Under the pieces are notes generated by a model. It made no database searches and had not been told where the DNA came from. It saw only the letters and a program-made list of their open reading frames with translations. Positions 1 to 11,379 of a stretch of 64,000 bases of DNA are shown here, piece after piece. How positions within the stretch are numbered: position 1 is the stretch's first letter; each line of letters starts with the position of its first letter. Made by a program: the position numbers and the translations under genes. The DNA comes from an uncultured delta proteobacterium. Lineage in GTDB: Bacteria; Desulfobacterota; Desulfomonilia; UBA1062. Location: the NCBI GenBank assembly GCA_963752595.1, contig CAVVYZ010000022.1, positions 96,001-160,000 on the forward strand, written 5' to 3'.

Positions 1-1036
1 TTGCACGGATGGAGAAAGGCTTTTGCGGATCTCGTTCTGCTCATCTTCCGGGATCTGAGGTACGGAGAGGCCATGGTTCCAGCATGCATCGACAGCCATG
101 GCCCCGTGACCGCCGCTGCCCGTCACGACACCTACGGACCCCTCGATGGGTCTCTGATAGGCACTCAAGGCCTCGCAGAAGGAAACGAGCTCGAATTCAT
201 TGTCAGCTTCGATGATCCCGTACTGTCCGAGCGCTGCAGAAAAGCTTGCCTGATTGCCGGCCAGCGATGCGGTATGGCTCGAAACAGCTCTCCGGCCGCT
301 CGGACTCTTGCCCGATTTCATGACGACGATCGGTTTCCCGCATCCATATGCGCGATCGACGAACTTCCTGCCCTGATCCTTGCCGAAGCCCTCGATGTAA
401 AAGGCGATCACCTTGGTGGCAGGATCAGCCGCAAGGTAATCGAGCAGATCCACTTCGTCCAGCAGAGCCTTATTGCCGATACTCACCGCCTTGGCCAGGC
501 CCACATGCTCGTTCTTGAACTTGATCATCTGATCCACGAGAATGCCTCCGCTCTGGCTCACGAATGAGACATTGCCCGTATCGGGCTTGACCATGCGCTC
601 AACCGGAAGGAAAAAGGTGTCGATCGTCCTGGGCACATAGATACCCAGGCAGTTCGGCCCGATGAAGGGGAATTTCGCCTCGTCGGACATAGCTACAAGA
701 CGGTCCTGGATATCGGAGCGGCCGACCTCTTTGAACCCTCCCGAAATCACTGCTGCAGCGCCGACACCATGCGTTATGCACTCCTCGGAGGATGCCGGGT
801 ACGGATTCAGCCCTTGTTGCGATGACTGCAAGGTCTATCTTTTCCGGGACCTCTGCCGGAGACGGATAGATCCGTTCGCCCTGAATCTTCCCTCCCTTGG
901 GATTCAACCCGTATACCCGGACAGGATACCGATGGAAATTCTTCAGAAAGATCACATTGGCCGGGTGCTGGAAATTGGTTGAGGACACACCGAAAACCGC
1001 CATGGTTTTCGGGTTGAATAAGGGATCAAGGTTCAT
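1..1036 (-). CDS. Acetate/acyl-CoA ligase (ADP-forming) alpha-type CoA-binding protein; frameshift near 785; runs off the window edge
   Basis: Starts MNLDPLFNPKTMAVFGVS after RBS GAGGAGGT. A second frame continues with VISGGFKEVG, IGPNCLG, SQSGG, SIGNKA, SHTASLAG and GSGGHGAMAVD motifs. Confidence 0.85.
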
Positions 1037-1134
1037 GAGCACCTCCTCGCTATGAATACAAGGATAGCCGAGAGGTTCTGATTTTAAAGTGCCGATTGAA
1101 AACGGAACGGCGAAGGGACGTGCCTGCTGGATGA

Positions 1135-3996
1135 TCAGAACGTGTATCCTATGGAAAAGTGCCACCTGTATGTGCTCTCGCCGGGCTGGGGATCGAGCTT
1201 CCGGCCGTAGAGCAGGCCGATGGGACCGATGGGCGTGACATAACGCAGCCCGGTCCCGTATGATGAACGGGTGTTGTCCGTGACCGGCGTTCCATTGGTT
1301 TTCTGTATCGATCCGGTATCGAAGAACAGGGCGATCTCGAGATTATATGCAACGAGATATCTGGCTTCGATGCTTCCTGCAAGGGACAGTCGGCCTCCCA
1401 CTGGATTCCTGCTCGCATCGTACAGAAGCATATTCTCGTCAAACCCCCGGACATCGAGCGTCCCTCCGAGATAAAAGAGCTGATCGTCCGGCACCCGCAC
1501 GGTGGTCCCGGTGGGATCGACATAGCCGGCCCTTCCCAACCATGCGAATGTCAGGTTTTCCAGCGGACTCACATAGGTGCGGACATCGAGGCGGTACCTG
1601 ACGAAATCGTCGAGAGATTCCTGGAGCCCATTGGTAACATCCACGGAAAAGGAGCTGAACACGCCTCTCTGCGGCCGCAGGAAGGAGTTTCTCGTGTCGT
1701 AGGTGATGCCCGGCGTAACAACGATGACGCTCCTCGGGTCGAAGATGCTCTCATCCTCGATAAGTATGTCTCCGGTCTCGGAATCCTGGAGGGAACGTTT
1801 CCTCCGTTCATACCTGAAATTCAGAGAAGTGAGGACGTGATTCCCATATCGTCTGATAAAACCGAGGTTGGTTCCCAGCGTCGTGAGTTCGAAATCCTGG
1901 TTGAACTCATCCCGGCGTTCCAGAAACAGGTTGTATACCCCTGTGATCCTGGTCCCGAATATCCGGGGCTCATTGAGGCCAAGGTCGTATCTCTCACCTG
2001 TCTGGCTGGCCTCGGCGCCGGCCCAGAGCTCCTTGTTCAGCCCGAAAACATTGCGGTCGCCTGCACGGGCATTGCCGTAGAGCCCGACATTGCTTTCATA
2101 GCCCATGGCTGCCTGGACATAATAGGGCTTTTTCTCCTCCACATCCGCCAGAACCGTTACTTCGTCCGTACCCTCCCGGAGACCAAGGGTCTTGAACTGG
2201 ACCGAGTTGAAGATGCCCATGTTCCGGATCGTGTTCTGGCCTTCAACGATCTTGCGAAGAGAAAACGGATCGCCCGGGTCCATATCGAGCTCCTTCTGAA
2301 GCACTTTCCTCCTCGTCTTGAAATTGCCGCTGAAGTATGTCCTTCCCATCCGGACAAACGGACCCTCGTTTACTGCATAGTGAATGCTCGCGCTTTTTCT
2401 GTCGGCGCTGAACAAAAGAGTCTCCCGTACCTTCACATGGGGATAGCCCCGCTCTGATATGCAGGTGGCCAGGGCGTTTTCATTGCTTTTCACGCCGGAT
2501 TCTACAAACGGCTTACCTTGTTTAAGGCTTATGCATGAGCGTGCCTCTTCGGCGCTGATGGCGGTGATCCCTTCAAAGCTGATGGCCGATACGATGGTCC
2601 GCACCCCTTCAAGGACAATAAGAGAAATGGAGACGTGCTTGCCGTCTTTCTCCCAGGTGAGTTCCTCCCGGACATCTGCATTGACGAACCCGTTCTGTAT
2701 GTACAAGATTTTGATTTCCCGAATGTCCTGTTCAAGGAGATCCCGCACAAAAAGCCTTTTGCCGACCAGCGGTATGATTTTTTTCCAGACATTCATACGG
2801 CTGCGAAGCTCGTCTCCGCCGAATGCGGTGCTGCCCCTGAACGTGATGTCTCTGACGACGGTCTGCGGGCCCTCATTGATCGCAAAGGTGATCTTCCGCT
2901 CCTTCTGAACGCCGGAGTCTTCAGCTCCCTCTTCTGCTTTTACACTCACGGACGGATAGCCGTTATTGCGGTATAATTCACGGATATTCCTGATGCTCTT
3001 TCTGAGCCCGCTCCCCCTTCTATTCCCCTCAGTGAAGAGAACGAGCTGCTTTTTCAGGGTGAAATCAAAGAATTCCTTATTTCCTGTAAACGATATCCTG
3101 TACTTCGGGCCTTCCTGTATCCTTACCGACAGCAAGACATTCCCGCTCCTGGGATCCTTATCCAGTGAGTACGAGACCTCTGCATCGGAAAAGCCTATTC
3201 CGCGGTAAAAAGAGGTGAGATTCTTTATATCGTCCTTCAATGTCTTTTCCCTGAAGCGTGAGGAACTGCCCGGGAAGAAGGACCTTGTCCAGGTGCTCAT
3301 CCGCAGCTTTATCCTGTTCTCAGATACATTCCTGTTTCCTTTGATGACGAGGGAATGGAGCGTGTAGTACCTGTTCTTGGTCAGATGCACCTCAATGATT
3401 GCGGTACCATCATTTTCATGAGGGATAACGGCCACATGTACGCCGGGCCCGATGAATCCCTCGGCAACGAGATACTGCTCTATGAGGGGCTCCTGTTCGG
3501 CAGGCAGGTCAGGCCGGATGTAATCACCCACATAGACGGACATGACGTTGAGGATATCCTGGGTAAAGAGAGGATATTCGCCCGATACCGTGATATCCCT
3601 GATGATGAAGTATGGTTTCAGCCTGAAGACCACGAGCGTCCCCTCCTGTTGCGGAAAGGCCTCCACCGTGACATCCTCGAACCTTCCGCTCGCTTTGAGG
3701 AGCGATACCGATTTATCCATGAGGCCCTTTGAAAAAGGCCGGCCTTCCTGCAGCGAGATCAGATCGCGAGCCAGGGCGAGCAGCTTATTCTGAGGGCCCG
3801 GGTAATTATGGATATCGATACGGATGGTTCTTACCGGATCCTGTGCAGCCACCTTCCCGCCCAGGTTTGTAACATCCGCCCGGGCGCTGCTCGTACCGGG
3901 CATGGCCATGAGGATCAGCGCCATGAGCAGCATCGGCAGGAGGCCTGACCATACGAGTGCGGTATGAGGTTTGCCGCTGCATGCAGCAGGTGTCAC
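1135..3996 (-). CDS. Omp85 (BamA/TamA) family outer-membrane protein with several POTRA domains
   Basis: Repeated POTRA-like units (YxxxGF/Y, EG, I.F.GN); barrel motifs VRGF and GLRYVTPIGPI; C-terminal FSIGYTF. GTG start inferred just after the tamB stop. Confidence 0.9.
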   Translation of the reverse strand: MTPAACSGKPHTALVWSGLLPMLLMALILMAMPGTSSARADVTNLGGKVAAQDPVRTIRIDIHNYPGPQNKLLALARDLISLQEGRPFSKGLMDKSVSLLKASGRFEDVTVEAFPQQEGTLVVFRLKPYFIIRDITVSGEYPLFTQDILNVMSVYVGDYIRPDLPAEQEPLIEQYLVAEGFIGPGVHVAVIPHENDGTAIIEVHLTKNRYYTLHSLVIKGNRNVSENRIKLRMSTWTRSFFPGSSSRFREKTLKDDIKNLTSFYRGIGFSDAEVSYSLDKDPRSGNVLLSVRIQEGPKYRISFTGNKEFFDFTLKKQLVLFTEGNRRGSGLRKSIRNIRELYRNNGYPSVSVKAEEGAEDSGVQKERKITFAINEGPQTVVRDITFRGSTAFGGDELRSRMNVWKKIIPLVGKRLFVRDLLEQDIREIKILYIQNGFVNADVREELTWEKDGKHVSISLIVLEGVRTIVSAISFEGITAISAEEARSCISLKQGKPFVESGVKSNENALATCISERGYPHVKVRETLLFSADRKSASIHYAVNEGPFVRMGRTYFSGNFKTRRKVLQKELDMDPGDPFSLRKIVEGQNTIRNMGIFNSVQFKTLGLREGTDEVTVLADVEEKKPYYVQAAMGYESNVGLYGNARAGDRNVFGLNKELWAGAEASQTGERYDLGLNEPRIFGTRITGVYNLFLERRDEFNQDFELTTLGTNLGFIRRYGNHVLTSLNFRYERRKRSLQDSETGDILIEDESIFDPRSVIVVTPGITYDTRNSFLRPQRGVFSSFSVDVTNGLQESLDDFVRYRLDVRTYVSPLENLTFAWLGRAGYVDPTGTTVRVPDDQLFYLGGTLDVRGFDENMLLYDASRNPVGGRLSLAGSIEARYLVAYNLEIALFFDTGSIQKTNGTPVTDNTRSSYGTGLRYVTPIGPIGLLYGRKLDPQPGESTYRWHFSIGYTF

Positions 3997-4009
3997 TCTC
4001 GTCTTCTGC

Positions 4010-7000
4010 CTACCGGAATTCTGCTTTGAACTGTAAATCCGCACCGAATGCCCCTTTGCTATCCTGGAATCCATTGACTGCCAGGTTCTCGAAGAACTTG
4101 AACTCGGCAATGGCCGTTCGTGTAACTTCGTTGTTCTGTGTTTCCAGAGAATATTTTACCGTCAACCGGCGGGTAAGCTCTTCCCCAACCGTTATCTTGA
4201 TGTCTTCACCCTGCCGGCCTTGCAGAGGACCCTTTGTCTCGAACTCCAGGATATCGAGCCCGGTGGATTCCCTCACCCGCTCCCCATAGGTATTGGCCAG
4301 GACTTCCGCCAGCATGCTGGACGGGCTTCTCTGTACCGTACCCGTTCCGCCTGCGATTTCATCCGGGGTCCTGCCTGTCGCCAGCAGAGAGAGGATGACG
4401 GCGTTTTCTGCAGGAGGGTTGGAGCTCAGCTCTATGTTCAGATTATCGAGAGGCCCCGAGACTGCCAGGAATATGGTCCACTCCCTGACCCGGCCTTCTG
4501 CGCGCAAATCTACTTCGGGCTCGGTCCGGTAGGGGTTCGAAAAATCGACAACGCCCCTGGTTACGGTAAAGGTCCTCTTCTGATAGGTGATAGTGCCTTC
4601 AGCCACCGAGACCCTTCCGGTGGCAACCGGATTATTCAGGGTGCCTACAATCTGCAGGTCCGGGTTCAGGCTCATTTCTGCAAGGTTGTTCTCGATCATG
4701 ACCGTTCCCCTCCTGATCACGGTCAGATCGAGTGACAGGTTGCGGAGGAACGGTGCATGTATGGGCTCGCCGGGTGCCTCTGCAGCCCTTCGCCCGCCGG
4801 TGATCCGCTCTCCTACTTCTGCGATGAGATTCAACTGAAGGTCTTTATAGTACAACCCGTCGAGGATCGCCACATTCCCCTGGAGAAGCGTGTCATCAGG
4901 GGTTCCTGAGAGAGAGACATTGGTTTCGATGAGGAGCTCCATGGAATCGGGTATGATCACGGGCAGCGACCGGGCACTGGCATTGAGGTTAACCTCGACA
5001 GGCTGGAAATCTCTCAGGCCGATCGTTCCGCGGGCAGTAAAGTAACCGGTATCGAGCTGCCCGGCGAGGTTTTCGATAACGACCTGCTCGGGGGTTAGGC
5101 TGATGTGCCCGTTTACGTTGTGGAGGCTCTGGTTATTATAGGAAAGGATGTACTGGACATTGGAAAGATACACATCCCCATTGATCACCGGCTTCATGAC
5201 CGGCCCTTGCGCAGATAACCGGAAGCGGACATCTCCCTCCAGGTCTGCGAGGTCCTGGTCGACGACGGCCATGACCCCCATAGGTATCGTCCCCTGAGCC
5301 GTCATATCGAGCCTCCCGTTCCGGTCGGTAACCGCCTGGATGGTCATGCTTCCCCGGCTCAGCAGCGAGATCCTGGACAAGGGAATGTTCAGCTGCCTGT
5401 CATGATACCACAGCGCGAGTTTTGAAGCGCTGATGAGGTTGGTTCCCTTGAGCGAGATATCGACATCGGCCACATCCAGGGTCATTTCGATGTCCTCGAT
5501 ATCGTGCGCATTGCCTCTTATCTCAGCTGTCCCGGTAAGCAGGCCGCCCAGATCGGGCCTGCCGGCGATGGCAAAGTACGGAACAAGCTCCATGTGGTCG
5601 AAGAACGCCTGGATAAGGAGATCGCTCGTCTTGACATCGTACGTCCCTCTGAATCCGAAACTGTTCTGGCCGGTCATGTTGAGCTTCCAGTCTTTCATGA
5701 GAAGATCGATGGACACGTCCTTGAGGTTCTGATTGCTCACCGCTATATCCATGAGCCTGAGAGAGCCGCTCATGTGGGGGTCGCCGAGAGTTCCCTGCCC
5801 TGAGATCGTGAAAGCGGCACGGCCTTTTGTAACCTGATAGGCCTTGAGGAACGGGAATGAATCGAGCATGATCCCCGATGAAGAAAGAGCAAAGTCATAC
5901 TGTTTTTTCTCATCCAGGCTGATCCATCCCGAACCGGTGATTCTCTGGTCCCCCTTCACCGCGATATCGAGGCTCTCGATGCTGACCTTCCGGTTTCCGA
6001 TAACCGAATAGATGCCGGCTTTCTCGATATTCTGGTCCTGGATCGCCAGGTCTGTGGCGTTTGCGAGGAACGTTCCCTGCGGGTTCTTCATGCTTCCGCT
6101 TATGTTCGCATGAAGCGAGAGTATGCCTTGGGCAGGGAACCCGAAATCCTCGATCCTGATGCCGCTGCCTGATGCAATGAGGTTCACTTCCGGATCAGGC
6201 ATGATGCGCCTTTTTTTTGTATCCAGGATATGAATCCGGCCCGAAGCGTGCATTACTGATTCCCGGTTGCTTAAGTCGAGGCGTTCGATCGTGGCTGTGC
6301 CGCCGGAGATGCCGCCTTCGAGAGAGATGTTCCCAAGTTCTAAGTCATGATACCCGATACCGGCTGCTTCCACAGCAAAGGTCCCTGAAGGATCGAGGGC
6401 GCTTCCTCCTATGTGCAGGTCACCCTCGATGCTGCCTTTCACTCCTCCCTGCGCAATGAGTTTTCTCAGGTTGGAGGACCGGATGTGGGCATTGGCCGAG
6501 AGGGGCATCCGGGGATCGAGGGTGAAACCTTTTTGAAAGACTTTTACGCTTCCTGAAGCGGTCAGGACAGGCTCGCCGTTATTCACCTCAAGCTCTGCGA
6601 TTCTTACTTGTCCTCTCTCGTCGAGCCCTGCTTCCATTGCGATGTCGCCCAGGGAGTATTCCTGCCATCTGACATTTCGGCCCTTTGCGGAGGCCAAGAC
6701 TCTCGGGCTTCCGAACGAACCCGAAATTTGGGCAGCGGCTGCGAGTGATCCGGATATCCTGTCCAGCGGCCGGGCAAAGGCCCTTTCCATTCGGTCGGCT
6801 TTCAGATTTACACCGGCCTGGAGCGTCCTTGCGGCAAGGTTCACTTTTCCCTGTATATTTGTATCCATCCCGGGGGTAGTGATGCTGGTTGCCGTCAGGC
6901 TCAGCATCGGGTAATCGAGAACTGCCCTGCCCTTTACCGTGACGTTGTCCATCTTTACCGGAGAATCCGGGAATCCATCTTTCAGGCTGAGCGCATAGGT

Positions 7001-8221
7001 CGTTTTTCCCGAGATGCCCGGTGGAGTTATGCCCTTTCCCGACACGACGGCGTTGCCGGAAACGCTTTTCGGATACCCCTTCCCATCCGGAAAGATCCGG
7101 GTAAAGTCAAGACCCCTGGCGGTTGCTGCAAGATCGTATGAGACGGCACCGGGGTCCGGCCTGCTCAGCAAAAACCCTTTGGAGAAGGCATTTTTGAGGT
7201 CGATGGTCCCTTTGACGAGGGCATCTCCCGAGGCGATGTGTGCCGAAGCCTCGTGCAGGGTAAATACCCGGTCGTTGAGTGCAAAAGCCGCCCTGCCCCG
7301 GTCGATACGCACTCCGGCGATCTTTCCTCCTGAATAGCGGGCCTCCCCTGAGCTGTCTGGGTTATCCAGGGTACCCTTCAGGGCGATGCGCCCTGTTGCG
7401 TTGCCGGTAAAGGCCTTTTCCGCTCCGAAGACTGCTGCGAAATCGGAAATCTCACCGCCCGAATCAAGGGTGATGTCCAGGACAGGATTATTGAAAAGGT
7501 CCTGCACGGATCCTTTCAGGGCTGCATGGAAATTGCCTGTGTTCGTCTCCAGGAAGAGCGGATCGAGCCTGGCGTCATGAAGAGATGCCTGCATGATCGT
7601 GTTATGCAGGGCGATCGGGGAACCACCCATAGCGATGCGTGCATTTTCTATGGCGGCCCTGAGTCTGCCCGAGGTTTCCATGAAATCCATGGAGCTTGTA
7701 ATGTCGACGTCCGAAAGGCTGATGAGAAGTTCCCGGCTTTTAGCTTCAAACCCGATATTGCCGTCCTTGATCGCTATGCTTTCCAGGATTACCGAATATT
7801 CGCTGCCTGGTTCTTCGGGGGTTTCTTCCTCCTCCACGAAGGCCTGCACGATATTGAGCCTGTTATCTTCTGACAGCTTAAGCATGAGCTTGGGTCTGAA
7901 AGCGGAGGCAGATGATATGATGATCCGCTTCCTGAGCAGAGCCGGAAGGTTCATCTCCGCCCTGATCGTTTCAGTTGTGAGGATTACGCTGTCATCCGGC
8001 CCGAGAAGGAGGGCATCGCCAAGTTCAATGTGTTGGCCGAGAAGTGAGATGGACGCCCGGCCGTAGGAAATCTTCCCCGGTATAAGGGAATTCACCGTAT
8101 CCAAGGCGAATCTTTCACCGCGCTCCGTCATGAGAAAGAGATGAAGCCCTGCCACCGAAAAAAGGACAAGGAGCAGGATCAGCAAAATCGATGTGAGGAT
8201 AATCCTCAAAAACTTTCTCAT
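4010..8221 (-). CDS. tamB: Translocation and assembly module TamB (DUF490) protein
   Basis: 1403 aa with an N-terminal signal anchor, a beta-taco-like body and C-terminal LSSNPP..AVILSLLATG. Adjacent to the Omp85 gene. Confidence 0.85.
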   Translation of the reverse strand: MRKFLRIILTSILLILLLVLFSVAGLHLFLMTERGERFALDTVNSLIPGKISYGRASISLLGQHIELGDALLLGPDDSVILTTETIRAEMNLPALLRKRIIISSASAFRPKLMLKLSEDNRLNIVQAFVEEEETPEEPGSEYSVILESIAIKDGNIGFEAKSRELLISLSDVDITSSMDFMETSGRLRAAIENARIAMGGSPIALHNTIMQASLHDARLDPLFLETNTGNFHAALKGSVQDLFNNPVLDITLDSGGEISDFAAVFGAEKAFTGNATGRIALKGTLDNPDSSGEARYSGGKIAGVRIDRGRAAFALNDRVFTLHEASAHIASGDALVKGTIDLKNAFSKGFLLSRPDPGAVSYDLAATARGLDFTRIFPDGKGYPKSVSGNAVVSGKGITPPGISGKTTYALSLKDGFPDSPVKMDNVTVKGRAVLDYPMLSLTATSITTPGMDTNIQGKVNLAARTLQAGVNLKADRMERAFARPLDRISGSLAAAAQISGSFGSPRVLASAKGRNVRWQEYSLGDIAMEAGLDERGQVRIAELEVNNGEPVLTASGSVKVFQKGFTLDPRMPLSANAHIRSSNLRKLIAQGGVKGSIEGDLHIGGSALDPSGTFAVEAAGIGYHDLELGNISLEGGISGGTATIERLDLSNRESVMHASGRIHILDTKKRRIMPDPEVNLIASGSGIRIEDFGFPAQGILSLHANISGSMKNPQGTFLANATDLAIQDQNIEKAGIYSVIGNRKVSIESLDIAVKGDQRITGSGWISLDEKKQYDFALSSSGIMLDSFPFLKAYQVTKGRAAFTISGQGTLGDPHMSGSLRLMDIAVSNQNLKDVSIDLLMKDWKLNMTGQNSFGFRGTYDVKTSDLLIQAFFDHMELVPYFAIAGRPDLGGLLTGTAEIRGNAHDIEDIEMTLDVADVDISLKGTNLISASKLALWYHDRQLNIPLSRISLLSRGSMTIQAVTDRNGRLDMTAQGTIPMGVMAVVDQDLADLEGDVRFRLSAQGPVMKPVINGDVYLSNVQYILSYNNQSLHNVNGHISLTPEQVVIENLAGQLDTGYFTARGTIGLRDFQPVEVNLNASARSLPVIIPDSMELLIETNVSLSGTPDDTLLQGNVAILDGLYYKDLQLNLIAEVGERITGGRRAAEAPGEPIHAPFLRNLSLDLTVIRRGTVMIENNLAEMSLNPDLQIVGTLNNPVATGRVSVAEGTITYQKRTFTVTRGVVDFSNPYRTEPEVDLRAEGRVREWTIFLAVSGPLDNLNIELSSNPPAENAVILSLLATGRTPDEIAGGTGTVQRSPSSMLAEVLANTYGERVRESTGLDILEFETKGPLQGRQGEDIKITVGEELTRRLTVKYSLETQNNEVTRTAIAEFKFFENLAVNGFQDSKGAFGADLQFKAEFR

Positions 8222-8283
8222 CCTTTTTCAACTACCTTTTGGAGATACTCCATTCCTCTGCTTTTATATCTCTTATTGCAGGG

Positions 8284-9354
8284 TCAGAGCCACTTCTTCT
8301 TTTTGAATATGCCAAGCATCCCTCCTGCCAGAGTGATCGAACCCAGCCAGAATACCGGATACGACCAGCGCCAGTGCTGCCCGGGAATAAATTCGAAATT
8401 CATCCCGTAAACACCGGTCAGAAACGTGAGCGGGATGAAGATTGTGGAAAATATGGTGAGAACCTTCATGATCTCGTTCATGCGGTTGCTTAAGCTGGAA
8501 AGATAGGCATCCATCATGTTGGAAAGGATGTCGCGGTAAGTATCGAGGGTATCCATGATCTGGATGATGTGGTCATAGACGTCCCGGAAATGGACTTCCG
8601 TCGTCTGCCGGATGAGGTCTGATTCGCCTCTTTCGAGATCATTGATCACCTCTCTCATGGGAAGAATGGATTTCCTCAAGAAAATCAACTCAGTTTTCAG
8701 TTCGTGGATAGCATGGGTGGTCTCCCGGCCGGGCCGTCCCAGTACGATTTCCTCCATATCCTCGATAGACTCTCCCATGGTTTCCAGGGTATTGAAATAG
8801 TTGTCTACAACCGCATCGACAAGAAGGTAGGCAAGATAGTCGGCACCTTCTTTCTTGACCCTGCCTTTCCCGTTCCGGATAAGCTTGCGTACCCGGTCAA
8901 AGACATCCCCGTCCTTTTCCTGAAACGATATGACATAATTCTTCCCGATAACCAAGCTCACGTGCTCTGCGGCAATTTCCCGATTATCCCCTTCAAGATA
9001 CAACATCTTTAATATGACGAGGATATAGTCGTCATAGTCTTCTATTTTGGGCCTGCCGCCGGTATTCAGTATATCTTCCTGATGAAGGGAATGTAAGCCG
9101 AAGCATGATCCCAGCGATGCAATGAGCTCGGTGTCATGAAGGCCGGCAACATTGATCCAGCTTACCGTCGATGTATCCTTAAAAGGTATGCACTCATGGA
9201 CATCCAGTATCTCGCGCTCCTCGATATGATCGCTGTCATAATCAATGAGCGTTACCTTGACCTTCTCAGCCATCCTCTCGCCGATATGAACGAGGGTGCC
9301 GGGCGGCAAGCCTGCCTTGGCCGAAACCTTCTTGATAAACCGCGCCATGAACAT
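8284..9354 (-). CDS. corA: Magnesium/cobalt transporter CorA
   Basis: GLPPGTLVHIGE N-terminus, YGMNF signature, KKKKWL C-terminus. Confidence 0.95.
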   Translation of the reverse strand: MFMARFIKKVSAKAGLPPGTLVHIGERMAEKVKVTLIDYDSDHIEEREILDVHECIPFKDTSTVSWINVAGLHDTELIASLGSCFGLHSLHQEDILNTGGRPKIEDYDDYILVILKMLYLEGDNREIAAEHVSLVIGKNYVISFQEKDGDVFDRVRKLIRNGKGRVKKEGADYLAYLLVDAVVDNYFNTLETMGESIEDMEEIVLGRPGRETTHAIHELKTELIFLRKSILPMREVINDLERGESDLIRQTTEVHFRDVYDHIIQIMDTLDTYRDILSNMMDAYLSSLSNRMNEIMKVLTIFSTIFIPLTFLTGVYGMNFEFIPGQHWRWSYPVFWLGSITLAGGMLGIFKKKKWL

Positions 9355-9560
9355 CCACCTCCCATAAAAAAGGATAATGGAATGATGAGGGAAAGAGAAG
9401 AAATAATCAATAGACTTCAGAGATATCCCGATACGGACCCGGTCTCCGTATTCTATGAATGAGATTTATCGGGAAGCATAGGGGAGGTCTGATGATAAGT
9501 TCTCACAAAACGGATGAGCCCCCGGGGCATCGTGCCCTTAAGCACGTACGTAAAGCCGTC

Positions 9561-11147
9561 TTACCCGGCTGCACGCCTTTCCTGATCAGGCCTTGCCTTG
9601 CTGATGAGCGGCCGGCCGCGTTTGCCTTTAAGCTGTTTCTGGATGCGTGCCGCTTCTGCCGAGGGGATACTGACAAAGGCGAAGTCGTCCCTGATCTCTA
9701 TGTCGCGGACGAGCTTTTCTTTCAGGCCTGTGGTCTGGCTGATGAACTTGGCCAGTTTTCTCGGCGTGATGCCGTGCCTGCGGCCGCGGGCTACGAAGAG
9801 CCTCGTGTTCGGCGACTTGATTTCTGATTTCACCGGGAAGATCTCTCCGTATGACGATGCATCGAGTTTGCCGGAAAATGCGTGCTGAAGGCAGGCTGCC
9901 AGGACGGTTTTGATATCCCCTGCGGTGAGCAGTTCGGCTGCGAGCACGGAATATTCGCCAAAATCATCCCCTGCCATGGTCTGCTCGATCTGGGATCTGA
10001 TATGGGCTCGCTTGGCTGCGATAATCTCTTTGACTTTGGGGATCGAACCCTTCCGCAGAGCCGACCCTGAGGCTTTACGGATAATGTCGAGCATCCGGCC
10101 TTCCTTGGGTGTTACCAGGGTGACGGCTATTCCCTTTCTCCCTGCCCTGCCGGTACGACCGATACGGTGGGTGTAGGCATCGGTGTCCTGCGGAATGGTA
10201 TAGTTGACCACGTGGGTAAGGTGCTCGACATCGATCCCTCTCGCAGCAACATCCGTTGCCGCAAGGATCGTAATCGTCTTGTCGCGGAACGACCGCATGA
10301 TCTTCTCGCGGCCGTACTGGTCTATCTCGCCGTGTATGCCGTCTGCCGAATATCCCCTGGAGACGAGCTTTTCAGCTATTTCTGCAGTCTCGATCCTCGT
10401 GCGGCAGAAAACCAAGCCGTAAAATTCGGGTTCGAGGTCGATAATGCGGCACAGCGCCTCGAACTTGTCCTGCTCCCGCACCTCGTAGAATATCTGGTCG
10501 GTAAGATTTTTCGCTTCGGGCTTTCTGGCAATGGAGACTGTTTCATAGTTCTTCATGAACCGCTTGGCAATGCCGATCACCTGGCGGGGAATGGTCGCGG
10601 AGAAGAGCAGCGTTCTGCGCTGCACGGGGGCATGGGAAATTATCGCTTCGATATCCTCGATAAAGCCCATGTCGAGCATCTGATCGGCCTCGTCAAGCAC
10701 CAGGAAGGAGAGGCAGTCCAGGCAGAGCGATCCTCTCTTGAGGTGATCGAGGATGCGGCCGGGCGTTCCCACAACGATATCCACCCCTTGTTTCAGGAAT
10801 TTAAGCTGAAGCCCCATACCCTGTCCGCCGTATGCCGGAAGGATTGTGAGCCTCCTGCCGTTGTTGAGGGTATCCAGTTCGCCTGCCACCTGAAGGGCCA
10901 GTTCCCTTGTGGGTACGAGCACAAGTGCCTTTACGTGTCTGTCATTCGGATCAAGTTTTTCGATTATCGGTATGCCGAATGCCGCTGTTTTACCCGTTCC
11001 GGTGGCAGCCTGCGCTACCACGTCGGATTCCTTGTTCATGAGAAAAGGAATGATCTCCCGCTGAACAGGCGTAGGCTCCTGAAAACCTTTGCGTGCAAGC
11101 GTCTTGATCATAGCCTCTGAAAGGCCGAGGCCTTTGAATTGATCCAT
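9561..11147 (-). CDS. DEAD-box RNA helicase (DeaD/CsdA-like) with C-terminal DbpA-type RNA-binding domain
   Basis: ATGTGKT, PTRELA, TPGR, DEAD, SAT and HRIGRTGRAG motifs. Start MDQFKGLG follows RBS GGGGA. Confidence 0.93.
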   Translation of the reverse strand: MDQFKGLGLSEAMIKTLARKGFQEPTPVQREIIPFLMNKESDVVAQAATGTGKTAAFGIPIIEKLDPNDRHVKALVLVPTRELALQVAGELDTLNNGRRLTILPAYGGQGMGLQLKFLKQGVDIVVGTPGRILDHLKRGSLCLDCLSFLVLDEADQMLDMGFIEDIEAIISHAPVQRRTLLFSATIPRQVIGIAKRFMKNYETVSIARKPEAKNLTDQIFYEVREQDKFEALCRIIDLEPEFYGLVFCRTRIETAEIAEKLVSRGYSADGIHGEIDQYGREKIMRSFRDKTITILAATDVAARGIDVEHLTHVVNYTIPQDTDAYTHRIGRTGRAGRKGIAVTLVTPKEGRMLDIIRKASGSALRKGSIPKVKEIIAAKRAHIRSQIEQTMAGDDFGEYSVLAAELLTAGDIKTVLAACLQHAFSGKLDASSYGEIFPVKSEIKSPNTRLFVARGRRHGITPRKLAKFISQTTGLKEKLVRDIEIRDDFAFVSIPSAEAARIQKQLKGKRGRPLISKARPDQERRAAG

Positions 11148-11379
11148 ACTGATTCCCCTTTGTTGTTTTCGGTTCCATCTCGTTGACACACAAAGGATCA
11201 GCAATGCATATCTTTGAAGGTGGCGCCAAGACTATTTGTCAGATGCCTTATATACGATCCGGCAAAGAAAGCCAGAAAATAATCACACTTAGCCTCAAAT
11301 TACAGCAAATATTTGTTTAATATGTCTCTGATCAGGCTCCAACTGCTCCATCTTTGGAGTGAAAAGGGCACTGGAGGAT

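Noticed and set aside
10167-11120. Long antisense ORFs (this one, 26428..27219, 28736..29437, 49645..50385 and others)
   Set aside because: They are shadows of well-supported genes on the opposite strand.
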